A DNA stretch of 64,000 bases from an uncultured Pseudomonadota bacterium (lineage in GTDB: Bacteria; Pseudomonadota; Gammaproteobacteria; Burkholderiales; CAIKXV01). The translations under genes were made by a program, and so were the position numbers. Under the pieces are notes generated by a model. That model had not been told where the DNA came from. It searched no databases and was given only the letters and a program-made list of their open reading frames with translations. The stretch spans positions 4,128-68,127 of the forward strand of contig CAIKXV010000197.1 of assembly GCA_903831455.1 (NCBI GenBank). The letters are read 5' to 3'. The stretch's first letter is position 1, and each line of letters opens with the position of its first letter. This document shows positions 18,872-29,070 of the stretch, one piece after another.

Positions 18872-20287
18872 ATGAAGCGTCTCCTCATCCTCATCGTCGG
18901 TCTCGCGATCATTGCCGCAGCGCTCGCGCTGGGTGCCTGGCAGACCGGCCGCTGGAATCCATTCGCCGAAGAGGCCAAGGGCAAGGGCGAAGCGGTGAAG
19001 GGCGCCGCCAAGAAGGACGGCAAGGGGGGCCGCCCCCCGATCACCGTGCGCACCGCGCCGGTCGAAGTCGGCCCCATGCCGGTGGTGATCGACGTGGTCG
19101 GAACCATCGAGTCCGAGCACGTGGTGGCGGTTCGCCCGCAGGTGTCCGGCCTGCTCAACGAGGTGCTGGTGCGCGAGGGCGACCGGGTCAAGGCGGGGCA
19201 GGTGCTGTTCCGGATCGACTCCCGGCAGTTCGACGCGTCGGTGAACCAGGCGAAGGCGGCGATGGCCCGCGACCAGGCGAACCTCGAACTCGCGCGCGCG
19301 AACGAGAAGCGGCTGCGCCCGCTGCTCGAGCGCGACTTCATCACCCGCGCCGAATACGACACCGCCGTCGCCAACGTGGCGGCCCTGCAGGCGCAGGTGG
19401 AAGCCAACCGGGCACTGCTCGAGCAGGCGAGCGTCCAGGCCGACTACACGGTGATCCGCGCCACGATCGACGGGCGCCTGGGCGCGCTCACGGTGCGGGC
19501 AGGCAACCTCCTCACCTCCGGCCCGGGCAGCACCCCGCTCGTCACCATCAACCGCACCAACCCGCTGCTCGCCAGTTTCAGCGTGCCCCAGGAAGTCCTG
19601 CCGGCCGTGCGCAAGCACCAGGCCTCGGGGGAACTGACCGTGCAGGTGATGCGCGAGCAGGGTTCGGACGTGCTGGGCAGCGGCAAGCTCGTGTTCATCG
19701 ACAACACGGTCAACGCCCAGACCGGCACCATCGTGATGAAGGCGCGCATGCCCAACGACCGCGACCTCCTCTGGCCGGGCCAGTTCGTGGCCGTGCGGGT
19801 CGTGCTCACCACCGAGCCCTCGGCGGTCATCCTGCCGGAGGCGGCCGTGCAGCCGGGCCAGCAGGGACCCTTCGTCTACGTGTTCCAGCCGGGCGAGGAG
19901 GAAGGCAGCGGGCGCGCGCGGGTCCAGCAGATCCAGATCGACCGCCAGCTCGGCGACAAGGTCGTCGTGGCCTCGGGCCTGAAGGGCGGCGAGCGGGTCA
20001 TCACCGAGGTGCCCCCGGGCCTGTCTCCGAACGCGCCCGTCCGTCTGCCCGGCAAGGGTGACGGCAAGGGGGGCCGCAAGGGCGGCAAGGGTGGAGACGG
20101 TGCCAAGGGTGAGGCGGCCAAGGGTGCTCCCGACGCGGCGAAGGGCGAGGCTGCCCGAGGCGAAGGCAGCCCCGGCGAGTCCGCGAAGGGCGGCGGCGCG
20201 CGCGGAGAGGCCGGCAAGGCCGCTTCGGGCGACTCGTCGTCGCGCCGCGAACCCGCCAAGGGCGACGCGGCCCCGCGCCAGCCCTGA
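18872..20287 (+). CDS. RND efflux periplasmic adaptor (MdtA-like MFP) with Gly/Lys-rich tail
   Basis: VRPQVSG, EGDRVKAGQVLFRID, IRATIDGRLG, FIDNTVNAQTGTI, LWPGQFV. Confidence 0.95.
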   Translation: MKRLLILIVGLAIIAAALALGAWQTGRWNPFAEEAKGKGEAVKGAAKKDGKGGRPPITVRTAPVEVGPMPVVIDVVGTIESEHVVAVRPQVSGLLNEVLVREGDRVKAGQVLFRIDSRQFDASVNQAKAAMARDQANLELARANEKRLRPLLERDFITRAEYDTAVANVAALQAQVEANRALLEQASVQADYTVIRATIDGRLGALTVRAGNLLTSGPGSTPLVTINRTNPLLASFSVPQEVLPAVRKHQASGELTVQVMREQGSDVLGSGKLVFIDNTVNAQTGTIVMKARMPNDRDLLWPGQFVAVRVVLTTEPSAVILPEAAVQPGQQGPFVYVFQPGEEEGSGRARVQQIQIDRQLGDKVVVASGLKGGERVITEVPPGLSPNAPVRLPGKGDGKGGRKGGKGGDGAKGEAAKGAPDAAKGEAARGEGSPGESAKGGGARGEAGKAASGDSSSRREPAKGDAAPRQP

Positions 20288-20343
20288 TCGCGCCCCTCCC
20301 CCGCGAACGGAATCCGGACACGACGGCAGACGCAGGAGTTGAC

Positions 20344-23300
20344 ATGAGCAACGCATCGATCTCCCGCCTCTTCATCGAGCGGCCCGTCGCGACGGCCACG
20401 CTGATGATCGCGCTCGTGTTCTTCGGCCTGATGGGCTTCAAGAAGCTGCCGGTCAACGAGCTGCCCAACGTCGACTTCCCCACCATCCTGGTGACCGCCC
20501 AGCTGCCCGGCGCCAACCCGGAGAACATGGCCACCACCGTGGCCACGGTCCTCGAACGCCAGTTCAGCACCATCGCCGGGCTCGACACCATGAGTTCGGT
20601 GTCCTACGACGGCTCGGTCCGCATCACGCTGCAGTTCGACCTCGAGCGCGACATCGACGCCGCCGCCCAGGACGTGCAGTCGGCGATCTCCACGGCGCTG
20701 AGGCGCCTGCCCGATGGCATGGAGCCGCCGTCCATGCGCAAGGTCAACCCGGCCGACTCGCCGATCCTGTTCCTGGCGTTCACCGGGGAGAACATCGCGC
20801 TGTCGAAGTTGAACGAGTTCGCCGAGACGCGCATCGCGCAGCGCCTGTCGATGATCTCGGGCGTCGCGCAGGTTCAGGTCTATGGAGCGCAGAAGTACGC
20901 GCTGCGCCTGTTCGTCGACCCCTCCAAGCTCGCGCGCCGCAACCTCGGCCTCGAGCAGGTGGTCAATGCGGTCCAGCAGGGCAACAGCAACCTGCCCTCG
21001 GGTTCGCTCGACGGCCGGGCACGCCAGTACTCGGTGAAGGTGGACGGATCGATCGACACCGCGGCGCAGTTCCGCAACGTGGTGGTGGCCTACCGCGACG
21101 GGGCGCCGGTGCGCTTCGGCGACATCGGCCGGGTCGAGGAAGGCGTGGCCAACGACCGCTCGTGGACCTGGTTCAACAACCAGCGGGCCATCGTGCTGGG
21201 CGTCCAGCGCCAGCCCGGCTCGAACACCATCGAGGTGGTGCGCAAGATCAACGAGCTGCTTCCCGAACTGACCCCCGCGCTGCCCGCCGGCGCGAAGATG
21301 GACGTGGTGTTCGATCGGTCCGAGTTCATCAAGGCGTCGATCAACCAGGTCTACGTGAAGCTCCTGACCGCCACCACCTTCGTGGTGCTGGTGATCCTGG
21401 TGTTCCTGCGCAACGCCCGGGCCACGCTGATCACCGCGCTGGTGCTGCCCACCTCGATGATGGGCACCTTCGGGATCATGTACCTGCTGGGCTACTCGAT
21501 CAACAACCTGTCGCTGATCGCCATCATCCTGGCGGTGGGCTTCGTGGTCGACGACGCGATCGTCGTGCTGGAGAACATCGCCCGGCACATGGAGATGGGC
21601 AAGACCCGCCTCCAGGCCGCCTTCGACGGCTCGAAGGAGATCGGTTTCACCATCCTGTCGATGACCGTGTCGCTGGTCGCGGTGTTCCTGCCCATCCTGT
21701 TCATGGGCGGACTGCTCGGCCGGCTGTTCACCGAGTTCGCCGTCACGGTGGGCATCGCGGTGGCGCTGTCGGGCATCATCTCGCTGTCGCTCACGCCGAT
21801 GCTGTGCAGCCGCTACCTCACCACCTCGCACAGCCACTTCTTCCTGTTCGACTGGTTCGAGGCGCTGTTCGAGGCGAGCAAGCGCGGCTACGAGCGGTCG
21901 TTGCGCTGGTGCATGCGCCATCGCTGGACGATGCTGCTGCTCTCGGTCGTGGTGCTGTGGGGCACCTGGCAGCTGTTCCAGATCGTGCCCAAGGGGTTCA
22001 TTCCGCGCCAGGACACCGGGGTGATCAACGTCACCACCCGCGGCCCCGAGGGCCTGCCGTTCGAGGAGATGGCCCGCCGGCAGCAGGTGGTCACCTCCAC
22101 GGTGATGGCCAACCCGAACGTCGCCGGCGTGCGCTCGAGCGCGGGCCAGGGCTTCGGCGGCGTGCTGCAGACCAACGTGGGATCGATGACGGTGCGCCTC
22201 AAGCCGCGCAGCGAGCGCGAGGACCGCGCCGACGCGGTCATCGAGCAGCTGCGCGAGGCGTTCCGCGGCCCCGCCAGCCAGGGCCTGAGGCTGTTCTTCT
22301 CCAACCCGCCTGCGGTGAACCTGGGGGGCGGCATCTCCAGCGCCGACTACCAGCTGGTGATCGCCAGCTCCGACCTGCGGGCGCTCTACGGCCCGGCCGA
22401 GGACCTCGAGCGGGCCCTGCGCGACGTGCGCACGGTGCGCGACGTGAACACCTCACTGGAGCTGCGCAACCCGGAACTGAGGGTGCACATCCTGCGCGAC
22501 CGGGCGGCCGTGCTGGGCATCACCCCCCAGCAGATCGAGGCGGCCCTCTACAACGCGTTCGGCGGGCGGCAGATCAGCACGCTCTACAGCGACACCGACC
22601 AGTACGACGTGATGATCGAGGTGGACAAGCCCTTCCAGACCGACATCAACGCGCTGTCGAAGATCTACATCCAGAGCCCCTCGGGCGTCACGGTGCCGCT
22701 GTCGACGGTGGCCCGCATCGGGCGCGGAGTCGGTCCGAAGAGCGTGCAGCACTTCGGCCAGCTCGCCGCGGTCACGCTGTCGTTCAACACCGCCGTGGGC
22801 GCCTCGGTGGGCGATGCCGTGCAGGATGCGCTTCGCGTGGCCCGGGACACGCTGCCGCCGGAGATCTCCATCAACCTGACCGGCAGCGCGAAGTTCTTCC
22901 AGCAGTCGACGCAGTCGCTACCGATCCTGCTGCTGGTCACGATCGTCGTCATCTACGGCGTGCTGGCGATCCTCTACGAGCACTTCGGGCATCCGATCAC
23001 CATCCTCACGGCGCTACCGCTGGCCGGATTCGGGGCGGTGCTCACCCTGATCGCGTTCGGCCAGGAACTCAACATTTTCAGTTTCGTGGGGATCATCCTG
23101 CTGGTCGGACTGGTGAAGAAGAACGGCATCATGATGGTCGACTTCGCGCTGCAGTTGCAGCGCGAGCGCCGCCTCAACCCGATCGATGCGATCGTCGAGG
23201 CCTCGGTGGTCCGCTTCCGGCCGATCATGATGACCAGCTTCGCGGCCATCTTCGCCACCCTGCCGATCGCCACCGCCACCGGCGAGGGGGCCGAATCGCG

Positions 23301-23499
23301 GGCGCCGATCGGGCTTGCGGTGGTCGGCGGACTGCTGTTCTCGCAGTTGCTGACCCTCTACATCACCCCCACCTTCTTCGTGAGCCTCGACCGGGTGACC
23401 CGCTGGATGCGCGGCGACCGGCGCCGTCCCGAGGACGCGCCCTACGAGCCGCCGCCCGAGCGCGGCGGCACGCCGGCCCTGGAGACCGCCACGCGCTGA
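20344..23499 (+). CDS. RND efflux permease (MdtB/MdtC-like)
   Basis: FIERPVAT, LPNVDFPTI, GFVVDDAIVV, KKNGIMMVDFAL, RFRPIMMT; proton-relay residues intact. Confidence 0.97.
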   Translation: MSNASISRLFIERPVATATLMIALVFFGLMGFKKLPVNELPNVDFPTILVTAQLPGANPENMATTVATVLERQFSTIAGLDTMSSVSYDGSVRITLQFDLERDIDAAAQDVQSAISTALRRLPDGMEPPSMRKVNPADSPILFLAFTGENIALSKLNEFAETRIAQRLSMISGVAQVQVYGAQKYALRLFVDPSKLARRNLGLEQVVNAVQQGNSNLPSGSLDGRARQYSVKVDGSIDTAAQFRNVVVAYRDGAPVRFGDIGRVEEGVANDRSWTWFNNQRAIVLGVQRQPGSNTIEVVRKINELLPELTPALPAGAKMDVVFDRSEFIKASINQVYVKLLTATTFVVLVILVFLRNARATLITALVLPTSMMGTFGIMYLLGYSINNLSLIAIILAVGFVVDDAIVVLENIARHMEMGKTRLQAAFDGSKEIGFTILSMTVSLVAVFLPILFMGGLLGRLFTEFAVTVGIAVALSGIISLSLTPMLCSRYLTTSHSHFFLFDWFEALFEASKRGYERSLRWCMRHRWTMLLLSVVVLWGTWQLFQIVPKGFIPRQDTGVINVTTRGPEGLPFEEMARRQQVVTSTVMANPNVAGVRSSAGQGFGGVLQTNVGSMTVRLKPRSEREDRADAVIEQLREAFRGPASQGLRLFFSNPPAVNLGGGISSADYQLVIASSDLRALYGPAEDLERALRDVRTVRDVNTSLELRNPELRVHILRDRAAVLGITPQQIEAALYNAFGGRQISTLYSDTDQYDVMIEVDKPFQTDINALSKIYIQSPSGVTVPLSTVARIGRGVGPKSVQHFGQLAAVTLSFNTAVGASVGDAVQDALRVARDTLPPEISINLTGSAKFFQQSTQSLPILLLVTIVVIYGVLAILYEHFGHPITILTALPLAGFGAVLTLIAFGQELNIFSFVGIILLVGLVKKNGIMMVDFALQLQRERRLNPIDAIVEASVVRFRPIMMTSFAAIFATLPIATATGEGAESRAPIGLAVVGGLLFSQLLTLYITPTFFVSLDRVTRWMRGDRRRPEDAPYEPPPERGGTPALETATR

Positions 23500-23937
23500 C
23501 GGGCAGCGCGGCCGCGACGCGGCGGGCCTCGCCCGATCCGCGTCCCCGGCGGACGGACGACCGGGGAGGGGCACGCCCTTCCCCTCGCAGGCCGGGAGCC
23601 GTCGCCGGCGGCGGGCTGCCACCCGGGCGCCGCGCCTTCGCCGCGGAGATCGAGCCCGCGGATGGGGGACCGCCGTCCCGCTCGGGGAGCCGCTCGCGCC
23701 GCGGATCGGGGCCCGGGCTCCCCGGGGGCGACCCGCGGCACCCGACGAGGAGCAGGCCGACTCGCGAAGGAGCGACATTTCCCTAAAGCCGCCTCCCCCG
23801 GGGCCGATAACAGGACCGTGGACCACGCCGCGCGCGGCTGGCGGCCCCTCCTCCCCACCGATGCGCCCGGCCCCCTCCTGCCGGACGGTCGGCGCCCGGC
23901 GCGGCCCACATTTTCCCTGCGACCGGAGCCCCTGCCA

Positions 23938-24915
23938 GTGACCGATTCCCTCGATTTCACCACCCCGGCCGCACCGCCGCCCCCGACGGCCCGTCCTGCC
24001 ACGGCACCCGCGTCGGCCTCGCCGCTCGCCCGCCTGCAGGCGAAGCTCGCCACGCTGGACCTGTCGAGCATGCCGCGGGTGTCACCGGTGGCGAGTCGAC
24101 TCGCCGCGATGGGTCCGGATGATCTCGAGTCTTCCAAGGAATTCTGCGCGCTGATCGAACAGGAGCCGATCTGCGTGGCCCGCCTGATCGGGCTAGCCAA
24201 CTCGGTGGCCTACGGTGCGCCGGGCAAGAAGTTCAACAACCTCGAGCAGGCGGTGCTGCGCATCGGCCTGGAGCGCGCCGCGCAGATCGCCTTCGGCATG
24301 CTCTGCGGCCAGGCGATCAACAAGGGGCTGTCGCCGCAATGGCGAGAGTTCCTCTGGCTGCACGCCATCGCGGTCGCGCACGGCGCGAGCCTGCTCGCCA
24401 ACAAGGTCAACCCGCAGGAACGCGCCAACGCCTACCTCGCGGGGATGATCTACGACATCGGCACCCTGGTCATCGAGTGCCTGCAGCCCGGCACGCTCGA
24501 CCTGCTGCTGCAGACGGCCGAGAACCGCGGACTCAAGCTCGGTCGGGTCGAGAACGCGATGCTGGGCAAGGCCCGCAAGGCCGTCACGCACGCGCTGCTC
24601 GATCGCTGGTCGCTGCCGACGGACATCGTCGTCGGCATCGCCGAACGCGACCCGGGTGCCATCGACATGAACTCGCTGTCGGCCATCCTCGCGCTGGCCG
24701 ACGAAATGGCGCGCTCGGGCACGGTGCTGGGCTCGGTGTATGCCGACACGCCCGCGCCGTTCGTGCTCGACTCGATCGTGGTCGAGGACTTCAGCCCGCA
24801 GCTCACCGCGCTGGTCAGTTGCGGCGATGCGGACCTGGAGAAGATCACCGAGCGTCTGGCCGACCAGGTGCAGGTGCTGCGCTCGACTGCCCAGAGCTTC
24901 TCGGACGTGGCCTGA
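23938..24915 (+). CDS. Stand-alone HDOD domain protein
   Basis: LIEQEPICVARLIGLANSVAYG, LEQAVLRIG, WLHAIAVA, AYLAGMIYDIG, WSLP; GTG start uncertain. Confidence 0.85.
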   Translation: MTDSLDFTTPAAPPPPTARPATAPASASPLARLQAKLATLDLSSMPRVSPVASRLAAMGPDDLESSKEFCALIEQEPICVARLIGLANSVAYGAPGKKFNNLEQAVLRIGLERAAQIAFGMLCGQAINKGLSPQWREFLWLHAIAVAHGASLLANKVNPQERANAYLAGMIYDIGTLVIECLQPGTLDLLLQTAENRGLKLGRVENAMLGKARKAVTHALLDRWSLPTDIVVGIAERDPGAIDMNSLSAILALADEMARSGTVLGSVYADTPAPFVLDSIVVEDFSPQLTALVSCGDADLEKITERLADQVQVLRSTAQSFSDVA

Positions 24916-25020
24916 CGCCGCAGGCCCGTAGCGCGCCCGCTCGAACCGGGCGCACGACAGCGCATGGACGGGGCGCGAGGCGCGTCACGCGTCGCGGGCC
25001 TGCACTAGGCTGCGGGCACC

Positions 25021-26325
25021 ATGCTCCCGCGTCCTCTCCCCGCAGGCCTGCCGCGACACGACCCGTCCCCTTCGATCCGCCGTCGGCCGGCCCGGCCGCG
25101 GCGGTCGAACGCGCTACTCGCCGCGGGGCTGATGGCCAGCACGCTGGCCGCCGCGAACCCGGGCACGGTGCCGAAACCCACGGCCGAGGCGTCCCCGCGC
25201 GGCGCTGCCGCGAGCGCCGCACCCGCACCGGCCTGTACGCTGCCGCCGCGGGGCTGGTTCATGCCGGGGCGTCCCGCAGCCGCGGCCCCATGGAGCGACG
25301 CGCTCGGCCATTCCATCGTGCTGCTCGGCGAGCGCCACGACAGTGCGGATCACCACCGCTGGCAGTTGCAGGTGCTGGCGGCACTGCACGCGCAGCGCCC
25401 CGACCTCGTCATCGGGCTGGAGATGTTTCCGCGCCGGGTGCAGCCCGCGCTGGATCGGTGGATCGCCGGTGAGCTGACCGAAGCCGACTTCCTGCGCCAG
25501 TCGGACTGGGCGCGGGCGTGGGGCTTCGACGCCGCGCTCTACCTGCCGATCCTGCACTTCGCGCGGATGAATCGCATCCCCCTCATTGCGCTCAACGTCG
25601 AGCGTTCGCTGGTGCGGGCGGTGGCGAACAGTGGCTGGGATGCGGTGCCCGTCGAGCAACGCGAGGGCGTCTCGCGCCCTGCGCCTGCGCCCGAGCGGCA
25701 ACTCGCGAGCCTGCGCGAGATCCACCAGGCGCATCCCGCGCCCGCCGGTTCCAGCGCCACGCCCGACGCACTGCGCTTTCGCCGCTTCGTCGAGGCCCAG
25801 CTCGTCTGGGACCGCGCGATGGCCGAGGCACTCGCCAACCGACTGCGAGCGCGTCCCGGCGGCCTGCTGGTGGGCCTGGTCGGCACCGAGCACGCCCGCC
25901 GCGACCAGGGCGTGGCCCACCAGTTGATGGCGATGGGCCAGCCGACCCCCTACGTGATGCTGCCGCTCGATCGCGAACCCGGAGCCGCGTGTCCGGCGGC
26001 GAGTGCGGACCTCGCGCAGGCGTGGTTCGTGATCCCGTCCGCCGCACCCTCGGCCACACGCGAACGACCGAGGCTGGGGGTGTCGCTGGATACGCGCGAT
26101 CGCGCCGTGGTGATCACGGCGGTCTCGCCCGGAAGCCTTGCCGCCCGCAGCGGCCTGCGCGCGGGCGATCGCGTCGTCTCGGTGGCGGGCCGGCCCGCGG
26201 AGGACGCATCGGTGGTCATCACCGCCGTGCGCGAGCAGCCCGCGGGCACGCTGTTGCCGATCACCGTCGCTCGCGAGGGGCGCGAGACCGAGGTGCTGGT
26301 GCGGTTTCCCGCAACGACCCCGTGA
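25021..26325 (+). CDS. ChaN/EreA-like family protein with C-terminal PDZ domain
   Basis: VLLGERHD, IGLEMF, YLPILHFAR, ALNV, AQLVWDRAMA, GTEH; PDZ RLGVSL...VSPGSLAARSGLRAGDRVV. Confidence 0.88.
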   Translation: MLPRPLPAGLPRHDPSPSIRRRPARPRRSNALLAAGLMASTLAAANPGTVPKPTAEASPRGAAASAAPAPACTLPPRGWFMPGRPAAAAPWSDALGHSIVLLGERHDSADHHRWQLQVLAALHAQRPDLVIGLEMFPRRVQPALDRWIAGELTEADFLRQSDWARAWGFDAALYLPILHFARMNRIPLIALNVERSLVRAVANSGWDAVPVEQREGVSRPAPAPERQLASLREIHQAHPAPAGSSATPDALRFRRFVEAQLVWDRAMAEALANRLRARPGGLLVGLVGTEHARRDQGVAHQLMAMGQPTPYVMLPLDREPGAACPAASADLAQAWFVIPSAAPSATRERPRLGVSLDTRDRAVVITAVSPGSLAARSGLRAGDRVVSVAGRPAEDASVVITAVREQPAGTLLPITVAREGRETEVLVRFPATTP

Positions 26326-26375
26326 GCGCACGGCGCTCGCGCGGCTCGGGCCACACGCGTCCCTTCGGGGAACGG

Positions 26376-28508
26376 ATGTCGCGCCCGCGCCGGCGTGCGA
26401 TGCTCGGGGCCGGTGCGCTGCTGGCAACGGCGCCGCTGCTGCGCACGCAAGCCGCCCCTGCGCCCGCGTCCGCGGCCTCACCCTCGCGCGCATCACCGCC
26501 AGCGCCCCGCTCTCCTGCCGCTCCGGCTGCCCCATCGAACGGGTCGGGGCTGTCTGGCTCCACGACGCCCTTCGCTCACGCCGACTTCGACCTCAGGCTG
26601 GAACCCGCAGCCCGAAGGCTGATCGGGCGAGTCGACTGGCGACTTCCCGTCGGCGGGCCGCTGTCGCTCGTGCTCGACCGCGCGCTGCGCATCGACGAAC
26701 TGCTGCCCGGCGACGGACTCGCCGCCCCACCGATCGACCACGACGAGCGCGGTCGCTGGCGACTGCGCGTCGCCGCCCGCTCGCGCGCGGCGACGCTGCG
26801 CGTGAGATGGTCGGGCACGCTCGCCCCGATCGATCCGTCGATCGATCATCGACGCGTGCTGGGCGCGTTGCCCGCGATGCTCTCCGCGGAGGGCGGGTGG
26901 CTGCCGGCCGGCAGCGCCTGGTATCCGGAGCCGGGCGTGCCGTTCACCTATCGCGTTGCGGTCGAGGGTGGCGCGCAGCACCGCGCGCTGGTACCCGGGC
27001 GGATCACGGGCGCACTGCAAGGGACCGCGAACACCCGCGCCACGTTCGAGTCCCATGCACCCGAGGAGGGACTCACGCTGATGAGCGGCCCTTGGGTCGT
27101 GACGGTTCGCGAGCCGGCCACACCCGAGTCCCCGCGCCTGCTGACCTGGTTCACGCCGGCCACGCAGTCGCTGGCCGACACCTATCTTGATGCCGCGGGC
27201 GGCTTCATCGCACGCTTCGCCAAGCGCATGGGGCCCTATCCGTTCGATGCGTTCTCGATCGTGGCCGCGCCGCTGCCCGCCGGCTTCGCGCTGCCCGGCC
27301 TCACCTGGGTGGGCGAACGCCTGCTGCCCCTGCCTTTCATGCGCGGACAGTCGCTCGCGCACGAGATCGCGCACAACTGGTGGGGCAACGGCGTGCGGGT
27401 CGACACCCGCACCGGCAACTGGAGCGAAGGGCTGGCGACCTGGCTCGCCGACCATGCGCTGCGCGCCGAGCAGTCCTCGCAGGCGGCGCGACGCATGCGC
27501 TGGGGCTGGCTGCGCGAGCAGGCGACGCTGGACCCGAAGCAGGACATGCCGCTGTCGAGGTTCCTGATGCGCACGCAGGGGGCCTCGGCCACGGTCGGCT
27601 ACGGGCGCGCGGCGATGCTCTTCCACATGGTCGCAGCCGACATCGGCGAGCCCGCCTTCGATCGCGCGCTGCGCGCGCTGATGGGCTCGCACCTGGGGCG
27701 CCGCGCGGGCTGGCGCGACCTTCAGGCCGCCTTCGAGCGGGCGTCCGGCCGTTCGCTGGAGACGCTGCTGCCGCCGATGACCGGACTCGTCGGCGCACCC
27801 ACCCTGGGCCCGGTCAGCGCACGGTGGACCCCGGACACGCGCACCCTGATGTTGCGACTCGCGCAGCGCACGCCCTACGGCACCGCCGCGCGGGTGCGGG
27901 TGCGCACCGCCCAGGGCACGCAGGACGTGCAGGCGAGCCTCATCGCCGGGGCCGATCAGGTCCGGCTCGCGCTGTCCTCCGGGCTGGAGCCGCAGTCGAT
28001 CCAGTTCGATCCGCAGTACGACCTGTGGCGGGCGCTGGCTCGGAGCGAGCAACCGGCGCTGCTGCGCGACGTGCAACAGGCCCCGCGGGTGCAATGGATG
28101 GCGCTGGCGCCGAAGGCGGACTGGGAGCCGATGGCGCGCGAACTGGCCACCCGCCTGCTCGAGTCCGCCCCGTCCGCCGCGCCAAGCGGCAGCGGCCGCA
28201 TCGACGATGCGGTGCCGCTGCTCATCGCGGGCACGCCTGCGGCGGTGGCCGCGCTGGCGGCACGCGAGCCCGCGCTCGCGCGACCCGCGGATCTGGGCGA
28301 GCCCGGCGAAGTCGAACTGTGGGCCGCGCGCAGCGCGAGCGGCACCCCTCGCCTGATCGTGGCGGCCGAGACGACCGCCACGCTGCAGCGCCTGCTGCCA
28401 CGCCTCGCGCACTACGGGGGCGAGGGTTACGTGTCCTTTCGTGCCGGCCGCGTGGCGGCGCAGGGCGTCGGCGCGTTCGAGCCGCCGACGGTGGCGGTCT
28501 CGCGCTGA
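26376..28508 (+). CDS. M1-family (gluzincin) aminopeptidase, probably Tat-exported
   Basis: HEIAHNWWGN...WSEGLA (HExxH-x18-E); GYGRAAMLFHM; N-terminal RRRAML plus hydrophobic stretch. Confidence 0.88.
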   Translation: MSRPRRRAMLGAGALLATAPLLRTQAAPAPASAASPSRASPPAPRSPAAPAAPSNGSGLSGSTTPFAHADFDLRLEPAARRLIGRVDWRLPVGGPLSLVLDRALRIDELLPGDGLAAPPIDHDERGRWRLRVAARSRAATLRVRWSGTLAPIDPSIDHRRVLGALPAMLSAEGGWLPAGSAWYPEPGVPFTYRVAVEGGAQHRALVPGRITGALQGTANTRATFESHAPEEGLTLMSGPWVVTVREPATPESPRLLTWFTPATQSLADTYLDAAGGFIARFAKRMGPYPFDAFSIVAAPLPAGFALPGLTWVGERLLPLPFMRGQSLAHEIAHNWWGNGVRVDTRTGNWSEGLATWLADHALRAEQSSQAARRMRWGWLREQATLDPKQDMPLSRFLMRTQGASATVGYGRAAMLFHMVAADIGEPAFDRALRALMGSHLGRRAGWRDLQAAFERASGRSLETLLPPMTGLVGAPTLGPVSARWTPDTRTLMLRLAQRTPYGTAARVRVRTAQGTQDVQASLIAGADQVRLALSSGLEPQSIQFDPQYDLWRALARSEQPALLRDVQQAPRVQWMALAPKADWEPMARELATRLLESAPSAAPSGSGRIDDAVPLLIAGTPAAVAALAAREPALARPADLGEPGEVELWAARSASGTPRLIVAAETTATLQRLLPRLAHYGGEGYVSFRAGRVAAQGVGAFEPPTVAVSR

Positions 28509-28624
28509 ACCGGCGATCCGCGCCCCCGGCCGGGTCACCCCGGCACCGGACTCCAGTCCCGGCTGCCCCCTGAAGTTCGGGTCATGTCGGCCGGATCACG
28601 GCCGCGGGTTAGAATCGCGGGCGC

Positions 28625-28700
28625 GCCCCGGTAGCTCAGTGGATAGAGCAGCCCCCTCCTAAGGGGCAGGTCGGACGTTCGATTCGTCTTCGGGGCGCCA
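28625..28700 (+). tRNA. tRNA-Arg(CCT)
   Basis: 76-nt cloverleaf: acceptor GCCCCGG/TCGGGGC, D arm GCTC/GAGC, anticodon arm GCCCC-CTCCTAA-GGGGC, T loop TTCGATT, encoded CCA. Confidence 0.97.
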
Positions 28701-29070
28701 GAACTCTCCAGGCCTTGCGTCATCTCCCGAGGGCTTCGGAACATCGCCTGCCCACGTCGTCCCCCGAATGCCGAGGGTGGCGACGGGTCCCGCGCAGCGG
28801 AGCGTGTCGCGGCGTTCCGTTTGGCCGAGGTGCCTCCGCCCCTGAACGCCCGTCCCCGGCACGCGTTTGGTGTCCCTGCCTCACCGACGTTCCGCGGGCG
28901 GCTCGGTGGTGACGGGATCCGGCACCCGGGCCAATGCCGGCACGCGCACTCCCGTTCGCCGCGGGCCACCGCGAGGCGGCTGGGTCCCGGCGCAGGTCGC
29001 CGAGGGAATCGGGGCTGGTCGACCGGTATACTGGAGCACGAGCCGCAGCATCGCGGACAGGAGGGCGTTC

